Below, piece by piece: positions 43,866 through 53,834 of a stretch of 64,000 bases of DNA. This DNA is from an uncultured Eubacteriales bacterium (GTDB lineage Bacteria > Bacillota > Clostridia > Oscillospirales > CAG-272). The stretch is from positions 21 through 64,020 of the forward strand of contig CAKSSY010000003.1 of the NCBI GenBank assembly GCA_934489945.1, read 5' to 3'. Under the pieces are notes generated by a model that had not been told where the DNA came from, did not search any database, and saw nothing but the letters and a program-made list of their open reading frames with translations. Position 1 is the stretch's first letter. Each line of letters starts with the position of its first letter. The position numbers and the translations under genes are program-made.

Positions 43866-45659
43866 ATGGTACGTTCACATGTACTTATTTGCGGCGGTAC
43901 CGGTTGTACATCGTCGGGTAGTGTAAAGATCCGCGAAAAAATGACAGCCGAACTGGAAGCCGCAGGTCTTTCTGATGAGATCAAGGTTGTCCAGACCGGT
44001 TGCTTTGGTCTTTGTGCAAACGGTCCCATTATGATCGTATATCCGGAGGGTACCTTTTATTCCAAGGTGTCGGAGGATGATGTTCACGAAATCGTGACCG
44101 AGCATCTTCTTAAGGGAAGAGTTGTCAGCCGTCTGGTTCATAAGGATGCCGGCGAGGATGGCGGGCTTCGTGAAATGGCTCTTTCCGAGACTACTTTCTA
44201 TAAGAGACAAAAGAGAGTCGCGCTTCGAAACTGCGGCGTTATCAACCCCGAAAATATCGACGAGTACATCGGAACCGACGGTTATCAGGCACTCGGTAAG
44301 GTTCTGACCGAAATGACACCTCAGGAAGTGATTGATACCATCAAGGCATCCGGACTTCGCGGAAGAGGCGGAGCCGGATTCCCGACAGGAAACAAGTGGC
44401 AGTTTGCCGCAAACCAGCCGAAGGGAAAGAAATATGTTTGCTGCAACGCTGACGAGGGCGACCCCGGCGCGTTCATGGACAGATCGGTTCTTGAGGGCGA
44501 TCCGCATGCCGTTCTTGAGGCTATGGCAATTGCCGGTTATGCGATTGGCTCGGATGAAGGTTATATTTATGTCCGCGCCGAATACCCCATTGCCGTTCAT
44601 CGCCTTGAAGTTGCTATTCGCGAGGCTCACGAATACGGTCTGCTTGGCAACAATATTTTCGGAACCGACTTTTCCTTTGACATTCACCTTCGCCTTGGTG
44701 CAGGTGCATTCGTCTGCGGAGAGGAAACGGCACTTATGACCTCTATTGAAGGTAAACGCGGTGAACCGCGTCCCCGTCCTCCGTTCCCGGCAATCAAGGG
44801 TCTTTTCGGTAAACCTTCCATTTTGAATAACGTTGAAACATATGCCAATATTCCGCAGATTATCCTTAAGGGAGCAGACTGGTTTGCGTCTATGGGTACC
44901 GAGAAGTCCAAGGGTACAAAAGTATTCGCGTTGGGCGGAAAAATTACCAATACCGGACTTGTTGAAGTTCCTATGGGAACGACGCTTCGGGAAATCATTG
45001 AGGATATCGGCGGTGGTATCCCGAACGGCAAGAAGTTTAAGGCGGCTCAGACCGGCGGACCTTCCGGCGGTTGTATTCCCGCGTCTCTTATCGATACGCC
45101 GATCGATTATGACAACCTGCTTGCTATCGGTTCCATGATGGGGTCCGGCGGACTTATTGTCATGGATGAGGATACCTGTATGGTGGATATTGCCAAGTTC
45201 TTCCTGGAGTTTACCGTGGATGAATCCTGTGGAAAGTGTACCCCTTGTCGTATCGGTACAGTTCGCCTTTTGGAAATCCTCAATAAGATTACAAGCGGAA
45301 ACGGTGAGATGGAAGACCTTGACCGTCTTGAGGAACTTTGCAATTACATTAAGGCGGGTTCTCTTTGCGGACTTGGTCAGACGGCACCCAACCCTGTTCT
45401 TTCTACACTTCGTTATTTCCGTGATGAGTATATTGCTCATATCGTAGATAAGAAGTGTCCTGCTCATGTGTGCAAGAATCTGATGCAATTCAAGATTGAT
45501 GCTGATAAATGCCGCGGATGTACAGCTTGTGCAAGAAAATGCCCTGTTGATGCGATTGAAGGTGCGGTCAAGACTCCGCATACCATTGATTCTGCAAAGT
45601 GTATCAGATGCGGTGCTTGTATCGCAACGTGCAAGTTCGGCGCAATTTACAAGGATTGA
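43866..45659 (+). CDS. hydB: NuoF-like NAD(P)H/FMN-binding subunit of bifurcating [FeFe]-hydrogenase (HydB)
   Basis: N-terminal 2Fe-2S (CGGTGCTSS...TGCFGLCANGP). FMN/NADH part GLRGRGGAGFPTGNKW. SLBB part CGKCTPCR. C-terminal CRGCTACARKCP and CIRCGACIATC. Confidence 0.92.
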   Translation: MVRSHVLICGGTGCTSSGSVKIREKMTAELEAAGLSDEIKVVQTGCFGLCANGPIMIVYPEGTFYSKVSEDDVHEIVTEHLLKGRVVSRLVHKDAGEDGGLREMALSETTFYKRQKRVALRNCGVINPENIDEYIGTDGYQALGKVLTEMTPQEVIDTIKASGLRGRGGAGFPTGNKWQFAANQPKGKKYVCCNADEGDPGAFMDRSVLEGDPHAVLEAMAIAGYAIGSDEGYIYVRAEYPIAVHRLEVAIREAHEYGLLGNNIFGTDFSFDIHLRLGAGAFVCGEETALMTSIEGKRGEPRPRPPFPAIKGLFGKPSILNNVETYANIPQIILKGADWFASMGTEKSKGTKVFALGGKITNTGLVEVPMGTTLREIIEDIGGGIPNGKKFKAAQTGGPSGGCIPASLIDTPIDYDNLLAIGSMMGSGGLIVMDEDTCMVDIAKFFLEFTVDESCGKCTPCRIGTVRLLEILNKITSGNGEMEDLDRLEELCNYIKAGSLCGLGQTAPNPVLSTLRYFRDEYIAHIVDKKCPAHVCKNLMQFKIDADKCRGCTACARKCPVDAIEGAVKTPHTIDSAKCIRCGACIATCKFGAIYKD

Positions 45660-45675
45660 GAAAGGAGAACCACCC

Positions 45676-47436
45676 ATGGAAATGTTAAATATAAAGATCA
45701 ATGGTGCGGACTATCAGATTCCCGCCGGTTCCACCGTGTTGGAAGCCGCACGTGTCGCTCATGTTGATATCCCCACCCTCTGCTATCTGAAGGATATCAA
45801 TGAAATCGGTGCTTGCCGTCTCTGCCTTGTTGAGGTCGCTGAAATGCGCGGTCCTCAACTCGGACCTTACAGAATGGTAACTGCCTGCGTATACCCTGTT
45901 ACGGAGGGCATGAATATCATCACCAACTCCGAAAAGATCCGCAATTCGAGAAAACTCAATCTTGAACTGGTTCTTTCCAATCATAATAAGAAGTGTCTTT
46001 CCTGTATTCGCAGCACCACGTGCGAGCTTCAGAAGCTCTGCAACGAATACGGAGTAGAGGAGACTCACTTCAGTGGCAAGACAACTCCTACCGAAATTGA
46101 CGATTCGTCGGTTTCCATTATTCGTGATAACAGTAAGTGTATTCTTTGCCGTCGGTGTGTTGCCGCTTGTAAGAATATGCAGGGAATCGGCGTGATCGGT
46201 TCCATTAATCGTGGCTTTGATACCGTTATCGGCACCGGATTTGAAAAGGAACTCGCTTCTACGTCTTGCGTCAACTGCGGTCAGTGTATCGTCGCTTGTC
46301 CGACCGGCGCACTCTATGAGAGAGACGATACCGCCAAGGTGTTTGCCGCTCTGAATGATCCGAAAAAACATGTTGTGATTTGCACGGCTCCTTCTGTCCG
46401 CGCAACACTCGGAGAATGCTTCGGCTATGCTCCCGGAACCGATGTGGAAGGTAAGATGGTTACCGCTCTCAAGAAACTCGGTTTTGACGGTGTGTTCGAT
46501 ATGAATACAACCGCTGACCTTACCATTATGGAAGAGGCATATGAAGTTCTTGATAGATTGAATCATGGCGGAAAACTTCCGCTTATTACATCCTGCTCGC
46601 CCGGATGGGTTAAGTACTGTGAGCATTATTTCCCGGAGTTTACCGAAAATCTTTCCACTTGTAAATCTCCTCAACAGATGTTCGGTGCTATCGTCAAGAC
46701 ATACTATGCACAGAAGAAGGGCATTGATCCTAAAGATATCTTTATGGTTTCTGCCATTCCCTGTACAGCCAAGAAATTTGAAGTCGGTCGCGACGGCGAG
46801 TCTGCGGCAGGCGTTCCTGATGTCGATGTTGCTATCACGACTCGTGAAGTCGGCAGAATGATTCAGACTGCCGGTATCCAGTTTACAGAGCTTGAAGACA
46901 GTATGTATGATGATGCGTTCGGAATCGGAACCGGTGCCGGTGCCATCTTTGGCGCAACGGGCGGTGTTATGGAGGCGGCACTTCGTACTGCGGCGGAGGT
47001 TATCCTCGGTAAGCCTTTGGAAAAGGTGGAGTTTACCGATGTTCGTGGTCCTGAAAAGGTTCGTTATGCTACGTATAAACTCGGCGATGTCGAGTTGAAG
47101 GTGGCGGTAACATCCGGAACCAAGAATGCAAAGGAACTTCTCAGAAAAATTGAAGCCGGTGAAGTCAATGTTCAGTTCGTGGAGATTATGGCTTGTCCCG
47201 GTGGATGTGTTAACGGCGGCGGTCAGCCTTATCAGCCCGCAACGGTTCGGAACAATACCGATCTGGCTTCCAAGAGGGCAACTGTGCTGTACAATGCTGA
47301 TGCCAACAAGCTCGCACTTCGCAAATCTCATGAGAATCCGGTTGTTCAGACTCTTTATAAGGAATTTTTGGGTGAGCCGAACAGCCACAAGGCACATGAG
47401 ATCCTTCACACGCACTATGTAAAACGCGGACTTTAA
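45676..47436 (+). CDS. hydA: [FeFe]-hydrogenase catalytic subunit (HydA, M3-type N-terminal cluster domains)
   Basis: ATG 45676 follows AAAGGAGAA. 2Fe-2S part CYLKDINEIGACRLC. HNKKCLSCIRSTTC. Two 4Fe-4S motifs. H-cluster motifs TSCSPGW, IPCTAKKFE and EIMACPGGCVNGGGQP. Confidence 0.93.
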   Translation: MEMLNIKINGADYQIPAGSTVLEAARVAHVDIPTLCYLKDINEIGACRLCLVEVAEMRGPQLGPYRMVTACVYPVTEGMNIITNSEKIRNSRKLNLELVLSNHNKKCLSCIRSTTCELQKLCNEYGVEETHFSGKTTPTEIDDSSVSIIRDNSKCILCRRCVAACKNMQGIGVIGSINRGFDTVIGTGFEKELASTSCVNCGQCIVACPTGALYERDDTAKVFAALNDPKKHVVICTAPSVRATLGECFGYAPGTDVEGKMVTALKKLGFDGVFDMNTTADLTIMEEAYEVLDRLNHGGKLPLITSCSPGWVKYCEHYFPEFTENLSTCKSPQQMFGAIVKTYYAQKKGIDPKDIFMVSAIPCTAKKFEVGRDGESAAGVPDVDVAITTREVGRMIQTAGIQFTELEDSMYDDAFGIGTGAGAIFGATGGVMEAALRTAAEVILGKPLEKVEFTDVRGPEKVRYATYKLGDVELKVAVTSGTKNAKELLRKIEAGEVNVQFVEIMACPGGCVNGGGQPYQPATVRNNTDLASKRATVLYNADANKLALRKSHENPVVQTLYKEFLGEPNSHKAHEILHTHYVKRGL

Positions 47437-47444
47437 GGTCGTTT

Positions 47445-47481
47445 AAACGGGTGTATTCTTTGAAATACACCCGTTTTTTTT
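47445..47481 (+). terminator. Intrinsic terminator after hydA
   Basis: AAACGGGTGTATT-ctttga-AATACACCCGTTT followed by TTTTTTTG. Confidence 0.85.
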
Positions 47482-47511
47482 GATTCGGCACGAGATATTT
47501 ACAAAAAGCTG

Positions 47512-47540
47512 TTTACAAAAGCGTCGGAATGTAGTAAAAT
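47512..47540 (+). promoter_or_regulatory. Promoter of the pyrH-frr... block
   Basis: TTTACA, 17 nt, TAAAAT. Confidence 0.4.
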
Positions 47541-47570
47541 AAATAAGAAAAAACATTTGAGGTGGAAACA

Positions 47571-48287
47571 ATGGAAAATAAGAGTCCAAAATATAAGCGG
47601 ATTTTATTGAAACTGTCCGGTGAAACACTTGCCGCAGGAAGTAACGGGGTTTTGAATTTCAATTTTATCAGCGAGATTGGTGAGGTTCTCCGTAAGTGCT
47701 TGAGTTGCGGGGTTCAGATTGGATTGATTGTCGGTGCCGGGAATATTTGGCGCGGACGGCAGGGACAAAAGATGAACCGTGTCAGGGCGGATCAAATGGG
47801 GATGCTTGCCACGGTTATCAATTCTCTTGCACTACAGGATACGTTTGAGGAGATGGGAATTCCGACGCGCGTGATGACTGCGGTGGATATTCAGGGCTTT
47901 ACCGATCGGTTTTCTGCTCAGGGGGCGATTCGATTGTTAGAGGAAGGGAAGGTTGTGGTGTTCGGCGGTGGACTTGGATCTCCGTATTTCTCTACCGATA
48001 CCGCAGCGGTGCTTCGTGCTGCTGAGATTGAGGCGGATGCGGTGCTGATGGCAAAGAATATAGATGGCATTTATTCTGCCGATCCCAAGATTTGTCCGGA
48101 TGCCGTAAAATATGATAGCATTACATATAAGGAAATTTTGGAGAAGGAACTGAAAGCACTTGACCTTTCTGCAACGACTTTCTGTATGGAGAATGACATT
48201 CGCGTGTATGCCTTTGGGCTGAAAGATCCCGAAAATATTTATCGGGCAGTCATGGGCGAAAAAATCGGAACCGAAATTCACAGATAA
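47571..48287 (+). CDS. pyrH: UMP kinase
   Basis: ATG 47571 follows GAGGTGG. Contains YKRILLKLSGETLA and VVFGGGLGSPYFSTDTAA. Confidence 0.95.
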   Translation: MENKSPKYKRILLKLSGETLAAGSNGVLNFNFISEIGEVLRKCLSCGVQIGLIVGAGNIWRGRQGQKMNRVRADQMGMLATVINSLALQDTFEEMGIPTRVMTAVDIQGFTDRFSAQGAIRLLEEGKVVVFGGGLGSPYFSTDTAAVLRAAEIEADAVLMAKNIDGIYSADPKICPDAVKYDSITYKEILEKELKALDLSATTFCMENDIRVYAFGLKDPENIYRAVMGEKIGTEIHR

Positions 48288-48335
48288 AAAACAATCAGAG
48301 AAAGGAATTCAGAACAAATCTGAAAGGGAATCGTT

Positions 48336-48890
48336 ATGAAATTTGTTACGAAAGAATACGAAGAAAAGATGCAGAAATCCATTGCTGCGTATGAGGAAAA
48401 TTTGGGAACGATTCGCGCCGGTCGCGCCAGTGCCACGATACTTTCCCGTGTGACCTTTGATTATTACGGGGCACCGACTCCCCTCAATTCTATGGCGGAT
48501 GTCCGTGTGGCGGATGCCAGAACTTTGACGATTACGCCTTACGATGCTTCAACGCTTAAGGCGATGGAAAAAGCAATTCTTGCTTCCGATGTGGGGATTA
48601 CTCCCAACAATGACGGAAAAATCCTCCGTCTCTCTTTTCCGCAACTTACCGAAGATCGTCGCAAAGAACTGACAAAGAGCGTTCAGAAGGAAGGCGAAGA
48701 GGCTAAGGTTGCCATTCGGAATATCCGCCGTGATGCAATGGATGCCTCCAAGAAGATGAAAAAAGACAACCTTATGACGGAGGATGAACAGAAGGATGCG
48801 GAAAAGATGATTCAGGATCTGACCGATAAATACATCAAGAACATCGACGCAATTTCGGCAAAGAAAGAAAAGGAACTTATGGAAATCTGA
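48336..48890 (+). CDS. frr: Ribosome recycling factor
   Basis: TIRAGRASATILSRVTFDYYGAPTPLNSMA...LTEDRRKELTK. 184 aa. Confidence 0.96.
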   Translation: MKFVTKEYEEKMQKSIAAYEENLGTIRAGRASATILSRVTFDYYGAPTPLNSMADVRVADARTLTITPYDASTLKAMEKAILASDVGITPNNDGKILRLSFPQLTEDRRKELTKSVQKEGEEAKVAIRNIRRDAMDASKKMKKDNLMTEDEQKDAEKMIQDLTDKYIKNIDAISAKKEKELMEI

Positions 48891-48918
48891 GTCTTTGCGC
48901 GAGGTTCCGACTGTAAAA

Positions 48919-48950
48919 AGGGGCTGTCGCTTGTGGCGGTAGCCCCGATT
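48919..48950 (+). terminator. Weak terminator-like hairpin after frr
   Basis: GGGGCT..CGC-ttgt-GCG..AGCCCC with an internal loop, followed by GATTT. A partial terminator at best. Confidence 0.3.
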
Positions 48951-48967
48951 TAAAAAACGGAGAGAAA

Positions 48968-49675
48968 ATGATACAGCAGGAAGAAAAGAAACTGCCGGAC
49001 AACCGATTGAACCATATCGCAATTATCATGGACGGAAATGGCAGATGGGCAAAAAAAAGAGGGCTTCCTCGGGAAATCGGGCATAAATACGGGGCATCAA
49101 CCTTTCGCAAGATCGTGAATTACTGCGGAAAGATCGGACTGCGTGCTGTGACTGCTTATGCTTTTTCCACAGAGAATTGGAAGCGTCCGCCGAAAGAAGT
49201 GAATTCAATATTGTCTCTTCTGAAACAGTATGTTGATGAGATTGAACGAACGATGGATCAATACGATGCACACTTTCGTTTTATCGGGGATCTTTCGGTG
49301 TTTGACAGAGATTTTGTAAATCGAATTGAAGCACTCGAACATCAGACACGGAACCGACCGTTTACGTTGAATATTGCTTTGAACTATGGCGGAAGAGGTG
49401 AGTTGGTTCGCGCATTCCGGAATCTTTACGAGTCGGGAAAAACCGAGGTGACGGAGGATGATATTTCCAGGGAAATGTATACGTTCGATTGCGGAGATCC
49501 CGATCTTATCATTCGTACAGGTGGCGAAATGCGAATTTCCAATTTTTTGCTGTGGCAGGCGGCGTATGCCGAACTTTATTTTACCGATGTGCTTTGGCCG
49601 GACTTCAATGAGAAGGAACTGAACAAAGCAATTGAGAATTTTTATTCCAGAAAAAGACGCTATGGCGGTGTCTGA
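48968..49675 (+). CDS. uppS: Isoprenyl transferase (undecaprenyl-diphosphate synthase family)
   Basis: Contains HIAIIMDGNGRWA and FSTENWKRP. ISNFLLWQAAYAELYF. Confidence 0.95.
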   Translation: MIQQEEKKLPDNRLNHIAIIMDGNGRWAKKRGLPREIGHKYGASTFRKIVNYCGKIGLRAVTAYAFSTENWKRPPKEVNSILSLLKQYVDEIERTMDQYDAHFRFIGDLSVFDRDFVNRIEALEHQTRNRPFTLNIALNYGGRGELVRAFRNLYESGKTEVTEDDISREMYTFDCGDPDLIIRTGGEMRISNFLLWQAAYAELYFTDVLWPDFNEKELNKAIENFYSRKRRYGGV

Positions 49676-49687
49676 CGGAGGAACCCC

Positions 49688-50530
49688 ATGAAAACAAGAA
49701 TTATTACTGCCATAATAGCCTTGGCAGTCTTTGTTCCGTTTCTGATTTTTTCGGACACATGGCTGTTTGCACTTGGTATGACGATCTGTTCCGTTGTTTC
49801 GGATTATGAAATGCTTCGGTGCATCGGCGTTCATAAAAATTTTACTGTTTCACTTCCGATTTTGTTGTGTGGTGCGGCATTGCCGATGTCGGTTTATTTC
49901 TTTGAAGGACTTTCGGCGTTTTTGTCGATTGCACTGTTGTGTGTGTTGCTTGTTGTGTTGTGGCTTCTTGCCGTTACGGTTTTTTCGGCGGGAAAAATCG
50001 ATATTACGTCAATTGCCACAGCGGCATTCCTGTGTTTCTATATCACTTGCGCGTATGCTTCCATTTTGTTTTTGCGTTATTACGATGAGTTGGGGGCATA
50101 TACATATCTGCTCATTTTTATCGGGGCTTGGGTTACGGATTCGTCTGCTTATTTCTGCGGTATGTTTTTCGGCAAACATAAATTGATTCCGTCTGTCAGT
50201 CCGAAAAAGACGATAGAGGGAAGTGTTGGCGGTATCCTTTTTTGCGGACTGGCTTTTGTTTTTTATGGCTTTATTCTGAGGCATTGGGTGAATACTTCTG
50301 CTGACTTTAATTATTTTTTGCTGTTTGTATATGGCGTGGCAATTTCTGTTGTGTCGCAGATCGGTGATCTTGTTATGTCTGCCATAAAACGGCACTTCGG
50401 CATTAAGGATTACGGTAAAATATTACCGGGGCACGGCGGAATGCTGGATCGATTCGACTCGATTCTTGCGGTTTCGACTTTGTTGTTTATTTTGAATGAA
50501 TTTTCCGGTGTTTTTCAGGTAATGGGTTGA
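49688..50530 (+). CDS. cdsA: Phosphatidate cytidylyltransferase
   Basis: SPKKTIEGSVGG...DLVMSAIKRHFGIKDYGKILPGHGGMLDRFDS. Confidence 0.93.
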   Translation: MKTRIITAIIALAVFVPFLIFSDTWLFALGMTICSVVSDYEMLRCIGVHKNFTVSLPILLCGAALPMSVYFFEGLSAFLSIALLCVLLVVLWLLAVTVFSAGKIDITSIATAAFLCFYITCAYASILFLRYYDELGAYTYLLIFIGAWVTDSSAYFCGMFFGKHKLIPSVSPKKTIEGSVGGILFCGLAFVFYGFILRHWVNTSADFNYFLLFVYGVAISVVSQIGDLVMSAIKRHFGIKDYGKILPGHGGMLDRFDSILAVSTLLFILNEFSGVFQVMG

Positions 50531-50531
50531 T

Positions 50532-51704
50532 ATGAAAGAAACGGTACGATTTGATTTGCTTGGTTCAACCGGTTCCATCGGAGAGCAGGCAATTGATGTG
50601 GCAAGACAGACGGGAAGTCGTATTTCCTCCCTTTGTGCCTGTCGTAACGATAAACGTGTGGAAGAACAGGCAAGAGAGTTTCACCCGGCTTTTTGCGCTA
50701 TGGCGAATGAGGAAGCAGCCAAAAGTTTGAAACTGCGTCTTGCCGATACGGATATCTGTGTGCTTGGCGGTTCCGGGGGGATTGCGGAGATGATAGAACG
50801 AAGCGGTGCCTCAGTGTCTCTCAATGCCATTCTCGGAGAGGCGGGATTGGAACCGACTCTCACCGTAATTCGGAGCGGTAAGTCGTTGGCACTTGCCAAT
50901 AAGGAGTCTCTTGTAGTGGCGGGAGAGATCGTGATGAATGAGGTGCGGCAACATTGCATCAAATTGACACCGGTTGACAGTGAGCATTGTGCGATACATC
51001 AGTGCTTGCGTGCCGGAACTAAAAAAGAAGTCAAAAGATTGATTGTTACGGCATCCGGCGGTCCCTTTTTCGGGAGAAAAAAGGAAGATCTTCGTGACGT
51101 AACGGTTCGGGAAGCACTGGCACATCCGACTTGGTCCATGGGGGCAAAGATCACGGTGGACAGTGCGACGCTTATGAATAAAGGCTTTGAACTGATTGAG
51201 GCGCATCATCTTTTTGGTATTGACATGGAGCGGATCACAGCAATTGTGCATCGGGAAAGTATAATTCATTCTATGGTAGAATATATTGACAACAGCGTAA
51301 TTGCACAAATGTCCCTTCCGGATATGCGGTTTTGTATCGGGTATGGGCTTTTCAAAGGTGCACGCGGCAAGGCCGTGATTGACGAATTGGATTTTTCTAA
51401 GATTGCAAGACTTAGTTTTTATGAGCCGGACACCGATGCTTTTCCGCTTTTGGAAACTGCGATTTGTTGCGGAAAGATCGGCGGTGGAATGCCGGCGGTA
51501 TTGAATGCCGCTAATGAAGTTACCGTTGATGCTTTTCTTGCAGGACGAATTCGTTTCGGCGGGATTGCTGATACGGTGACGAAAACCGTTGACTTGCTTT
51601 CGCAGTATGCTTTGGCACATAGCCTTGAGGAAATTCTTGAGGCGGACAGAGCCGCTCGTCGTTTGGCGGCGGAGATAATATCGGGAAAGGGTGATCGTAA
51701 TTAA
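50532..51704 (+). CDS. dxr: 1-deoxy-D-xylulose 5-phosphate reductoisomerase
   Basis: Contains LLGSTGSIGEQA, LANKESLV, PVDSEHCAI and HPTWSMGAKITVDSATLMNKG. Confidence 0.95.
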   Translation: MKETVRFDLLGSTGSIGEQAIDVARQTGSRISSLCACRNDKRVEEQAREFHPAFCAMANEEAAKSLKLRLADTDICVLGGSGGIAEMIERSGASVSLNAILGEAGLEPTLTVIRSGKSLALANKESLVVAGEIVMNEVRQHCIKLTPVDSEHCAIHQCLRAGTKKEVKRLIVTASGGPFFGRKKEDLRDVTVREALAHPTWSMGAKITVDSATLMNKGFELIEAHHLFGIDMERITAIVHRESIIHSMVEYIDNSVIAQMSLPDMRFCIGYGLFKGARGKAVIDELDFSKIARLSFYEPDTDAFPLLETAICCGKIGGGMPAVLNAANEVTVDAFLAGRIRFGGIADTVTKTVDLLSQYALAHSLEEILEADRAARRLAAEIISGKGDRN

Positions 51705-52737
51705 ATTCTGGTATATTTTTCCTGCCATTCTTGTGTTTGGATTCCTGATTTTTATTCATGAATTTGGACATTTTCTTTGCGCCCGCGCTTTTGGTGTGGG
51801 GATTAAGGAGTTCTCAATCGGTATGGGCCCCCGACTTGGCGGATGGACTTCCAAGAAGGGAAACATTCAATATTCGGTTCGTGCTTTGCCGATCGGTGGT
51901 TATGTCAGTATGCTCGGCGAGGACGAGGAATCGGATAATCCGGCAGCCTTCGGAAATAAAAAAGTATGGCAGAGGATGCTGATTGTCCTTGCAGGGCCTA
52001 TAATGAATCTGCTGATCGGTCTTGTGGCGATGTCAATTATGGTAACGTCGGGGGGAAAACTCTATTCTACGGAGATCAAGTATCCCGAACGGGACGGATA
52101 TGTGGCAATGAGCCAAGCCAATGGACTTGCCGATGGCGATGTGATTCTGAAAGTCGGGAAGGTTCGGGTTCATACCCGATACGAAGTAAACTATGAAATC
52201 ATGCGACAGGGAAGTGAACCGATAGATGTGACGGTCCGTCGCAACGGTGAAAAAATAAAAGTGGAAAAGGTTCTTTTTCCGACCACAGAGGTGAGCGGCG
52301 TTCTGTTCGGACAGGTCGATTTTTATGCCGGAACCGATTCGTTTCACGTTGGAAATGTGCTAAAGCATACTTTTTACCGTTCTATGTCAACGGTCAAAAT
52401 GGTGATAGATTCGTTTGTTGATCTTATCCGCGGAAAATACGGTTTGGATGCGATGTCAGGACCTGTCGGTATGACTCAGACAATCGGGGAGTCGGTTGCG
52501 GGAGGTTTGCAGAGTTTTCTGTATATATTTGTCGTTATTACGATAAATCTCGGCGTTTTCAATCTGTTTCCGATTCCTGCGTTGGACGGCGGACGCTTTT
52601 TGTTTTTGCTTGTTGAGGCAATCATTCGGCGACCGTTGAATGCAAAGCTGGAGGGATATGTTCAGGCTGTTGGTTTGGTTTGTATGCTGGCACTTGCTGC
52701 CCTTGTGACGTTCAATGATATAATAAGGCTGTTTTAA
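51691..52737 (+). CDS. rseP: RIP (site-2) zinc metalloprotease RseP/M50 family
   Basis: HEFGHFLCARAFGV (HExxH) and NLFPIPALDGG. GTG start overlaps the dxr end by 14 nt. Confidence 0.9.
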   Translation: MIVIKFWYIFPAILVFGFLIFIHEFGHFLCARAFGVGIKEFSIGMGPRLGGWTSKKGNIQYSVRALPIGGYVSMLGEDEESDNPAAFGNKKVWQRMLIVLAGPIMNLLIGLVAMSIMVTSGGKLYSTEIKYPERDGYVAMSQANGLADGDVILKVGKVRVHTRYEVNYEIMRQGSEPIDVTVRRNGEKIKVEKVLFPTTEVSGVLFGQVDFYAGTDSFHVGNVLKHTFYRSMSTVKMVIDSFVDLIRGKYGLDAMSGPVGMTQTIGESVAGGLQSFLYIFVVITINLGVFNLFPIPALDGGRFLFLLVEAIIRRPLNAKLEGYVQAVGLVCMLALAALVTFNDIIRLF

Positions 52738-52739
52738 TA

Positions 52740-53834
52740 ATGAAATATAACGAGATACGAAGAAAAACCGGAACCGTGATGGTCGGTTCCGTTCGCATAG
52801 GGGGACGGAACCCCATTGCGATTCAATCCATGACCAATACCGATACCGCCGATTTTGAGGCGACAAAAAAACAAATTGAAGCACTTGCCGAAAGTGGGTG
52901 TGATATTGTTCGTATAACGGTTCCCGATCTTGAGGCAGCCGAAACCGTGCGTCGATTGAAGGAAAGTGGTGTGTCGGTTCCGATTGTGGCGGACATTCAT
53001 TTCGACTATAAAATTGCAATTCGATGTGCAGAGTACGGCGTGGATAAGATACGGATCAACCCCGGCAACATCGGGGACGATGACCATGTCCGTATAGTGT
53101 GCGAAGTCTGTCGGGCGAGGCATATTCCCATCCGTATCGGCGTGAACAGCGGTTCTTTGGAACATTCGATTTTGGAAAAGTATGGTGCTCCCACTCCCGA
53201 AGCACTTTGCGAAAGTGCAATGGTTCACGTGAAACTATTGGAAAAATACGATTTTGAGGATATTGTTATTTCTATGAAAGCGTCGGATGTTTATGGCATG
53301 ATTGCCGCAAACCGTATGCTTGCGGAGCAAGTATCATATCCGTTGCATCTCGGCGTAACCGAGGCAGGGAGTTATCGTTCGGGACTTGTCAAAAGTGCAG
53401 TCGGGATTGGAAGTCTGCTCGCCGACGGCATTGGCGATACTATTCGGGTTTCTCTTACGGATGACCCGTTGCTTGAGGTGGAAGCCGCACGAGAGATTTT
53501 GAATTCGCTTGCTATAGAGGGACAGAGTGGGATGAACATTGTCAGTTGTCCGACCTGCGGACGAACTAAAATCGACTTAATTCGACTTGTAAAACTCTTT
53601 GAGGAGGCGGTTGACAGAGAAGGTTTGCGTTCGGTTCCGATTCATGTGGCGTTGATGGGATGTATTGTTAATGGACCGGGTGAGGCACGTGAAGCAGATA
53701 TCGGAATTGCCGGCGGAAAAGAAGAAGCACTTTTGTTTTCACACGGACAGATTCTCGGGAAAATACGTGAGGACGAGATTATTGACACTTTGATTGCAAG
53801 AATAAAGAAATGGCAAAAAAGTGAGGATGTATAA
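52740..53834 (+). CDS. ispG: 4-hydroxy-3-methylbut-2-en-1-yl diphosphate synthase (flavodoxin/ferredoxin type)
   Basis: Contains VRIGGRNPIAIQSMTNT and IRINPGNIG. Cluster cysteines: SCPTCGRT...GCIVNGPGE. Confidence 0.95.
   Translation: MKYNEIRRKTGTVMVGSVRIGGRNPIAIQSMTNTDTADFEATKKQIEALAESGCDIVRITVPDLEAAETVRRLKESGVSVPIVADIHFDYKIAIRCAEYGVDKIRINPGNIGDDDHVRIVCEVCRARHIPIRIGVNSGSLEHSILEKYGAPTPEALCESAMVHVKLLEKYDFEDIVISMKASDVYGMIAANRMLAEQVSYPLHLGVTEAGSYRSGLVKSAVGIGSLLADGIGDTIRVSLTDDPLLEVEAAREILNSLAIEGQSGMNIVSCPTCGRTKIDLIRLVKLFEEAVDREGLRSVPIHVALMGCIVNGPGEAREADIGIAGGKEEALLFSHGQILGKIREDEIIDTLIARIKKWQKSEDV

Noticed and set aside
43875-47415. Two very long minus-strand ORFs (608 aa and 576 aa) opposite hydB and hydA. 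Similar shadow ORFs of more than 300 aa lie opposite glnN, the C-N hydrolase, yfhO, the methyltransferase, clpC, the big permease, polC, the Cys-rich gene, dxr and the enolase-family gene.
   Set aside because: Every one lies opposite a gene with strong family motifs. Their products are Arg/Cys/His-rich low-information sequences without RBSs. The pattern is what codon usage that avoids TTA/CTA/TCA in the sense frame produces. I treat them as non-coding.
47498-47522. A direct repeat, TTTACAAAAAGC / TTTACAAAAGC, upstream of pyrH.
   Set aside because: It is short and AT-rich, and the second copy is simply the -35 region of the predicted promoter. Nothing distinguishes it from chance.
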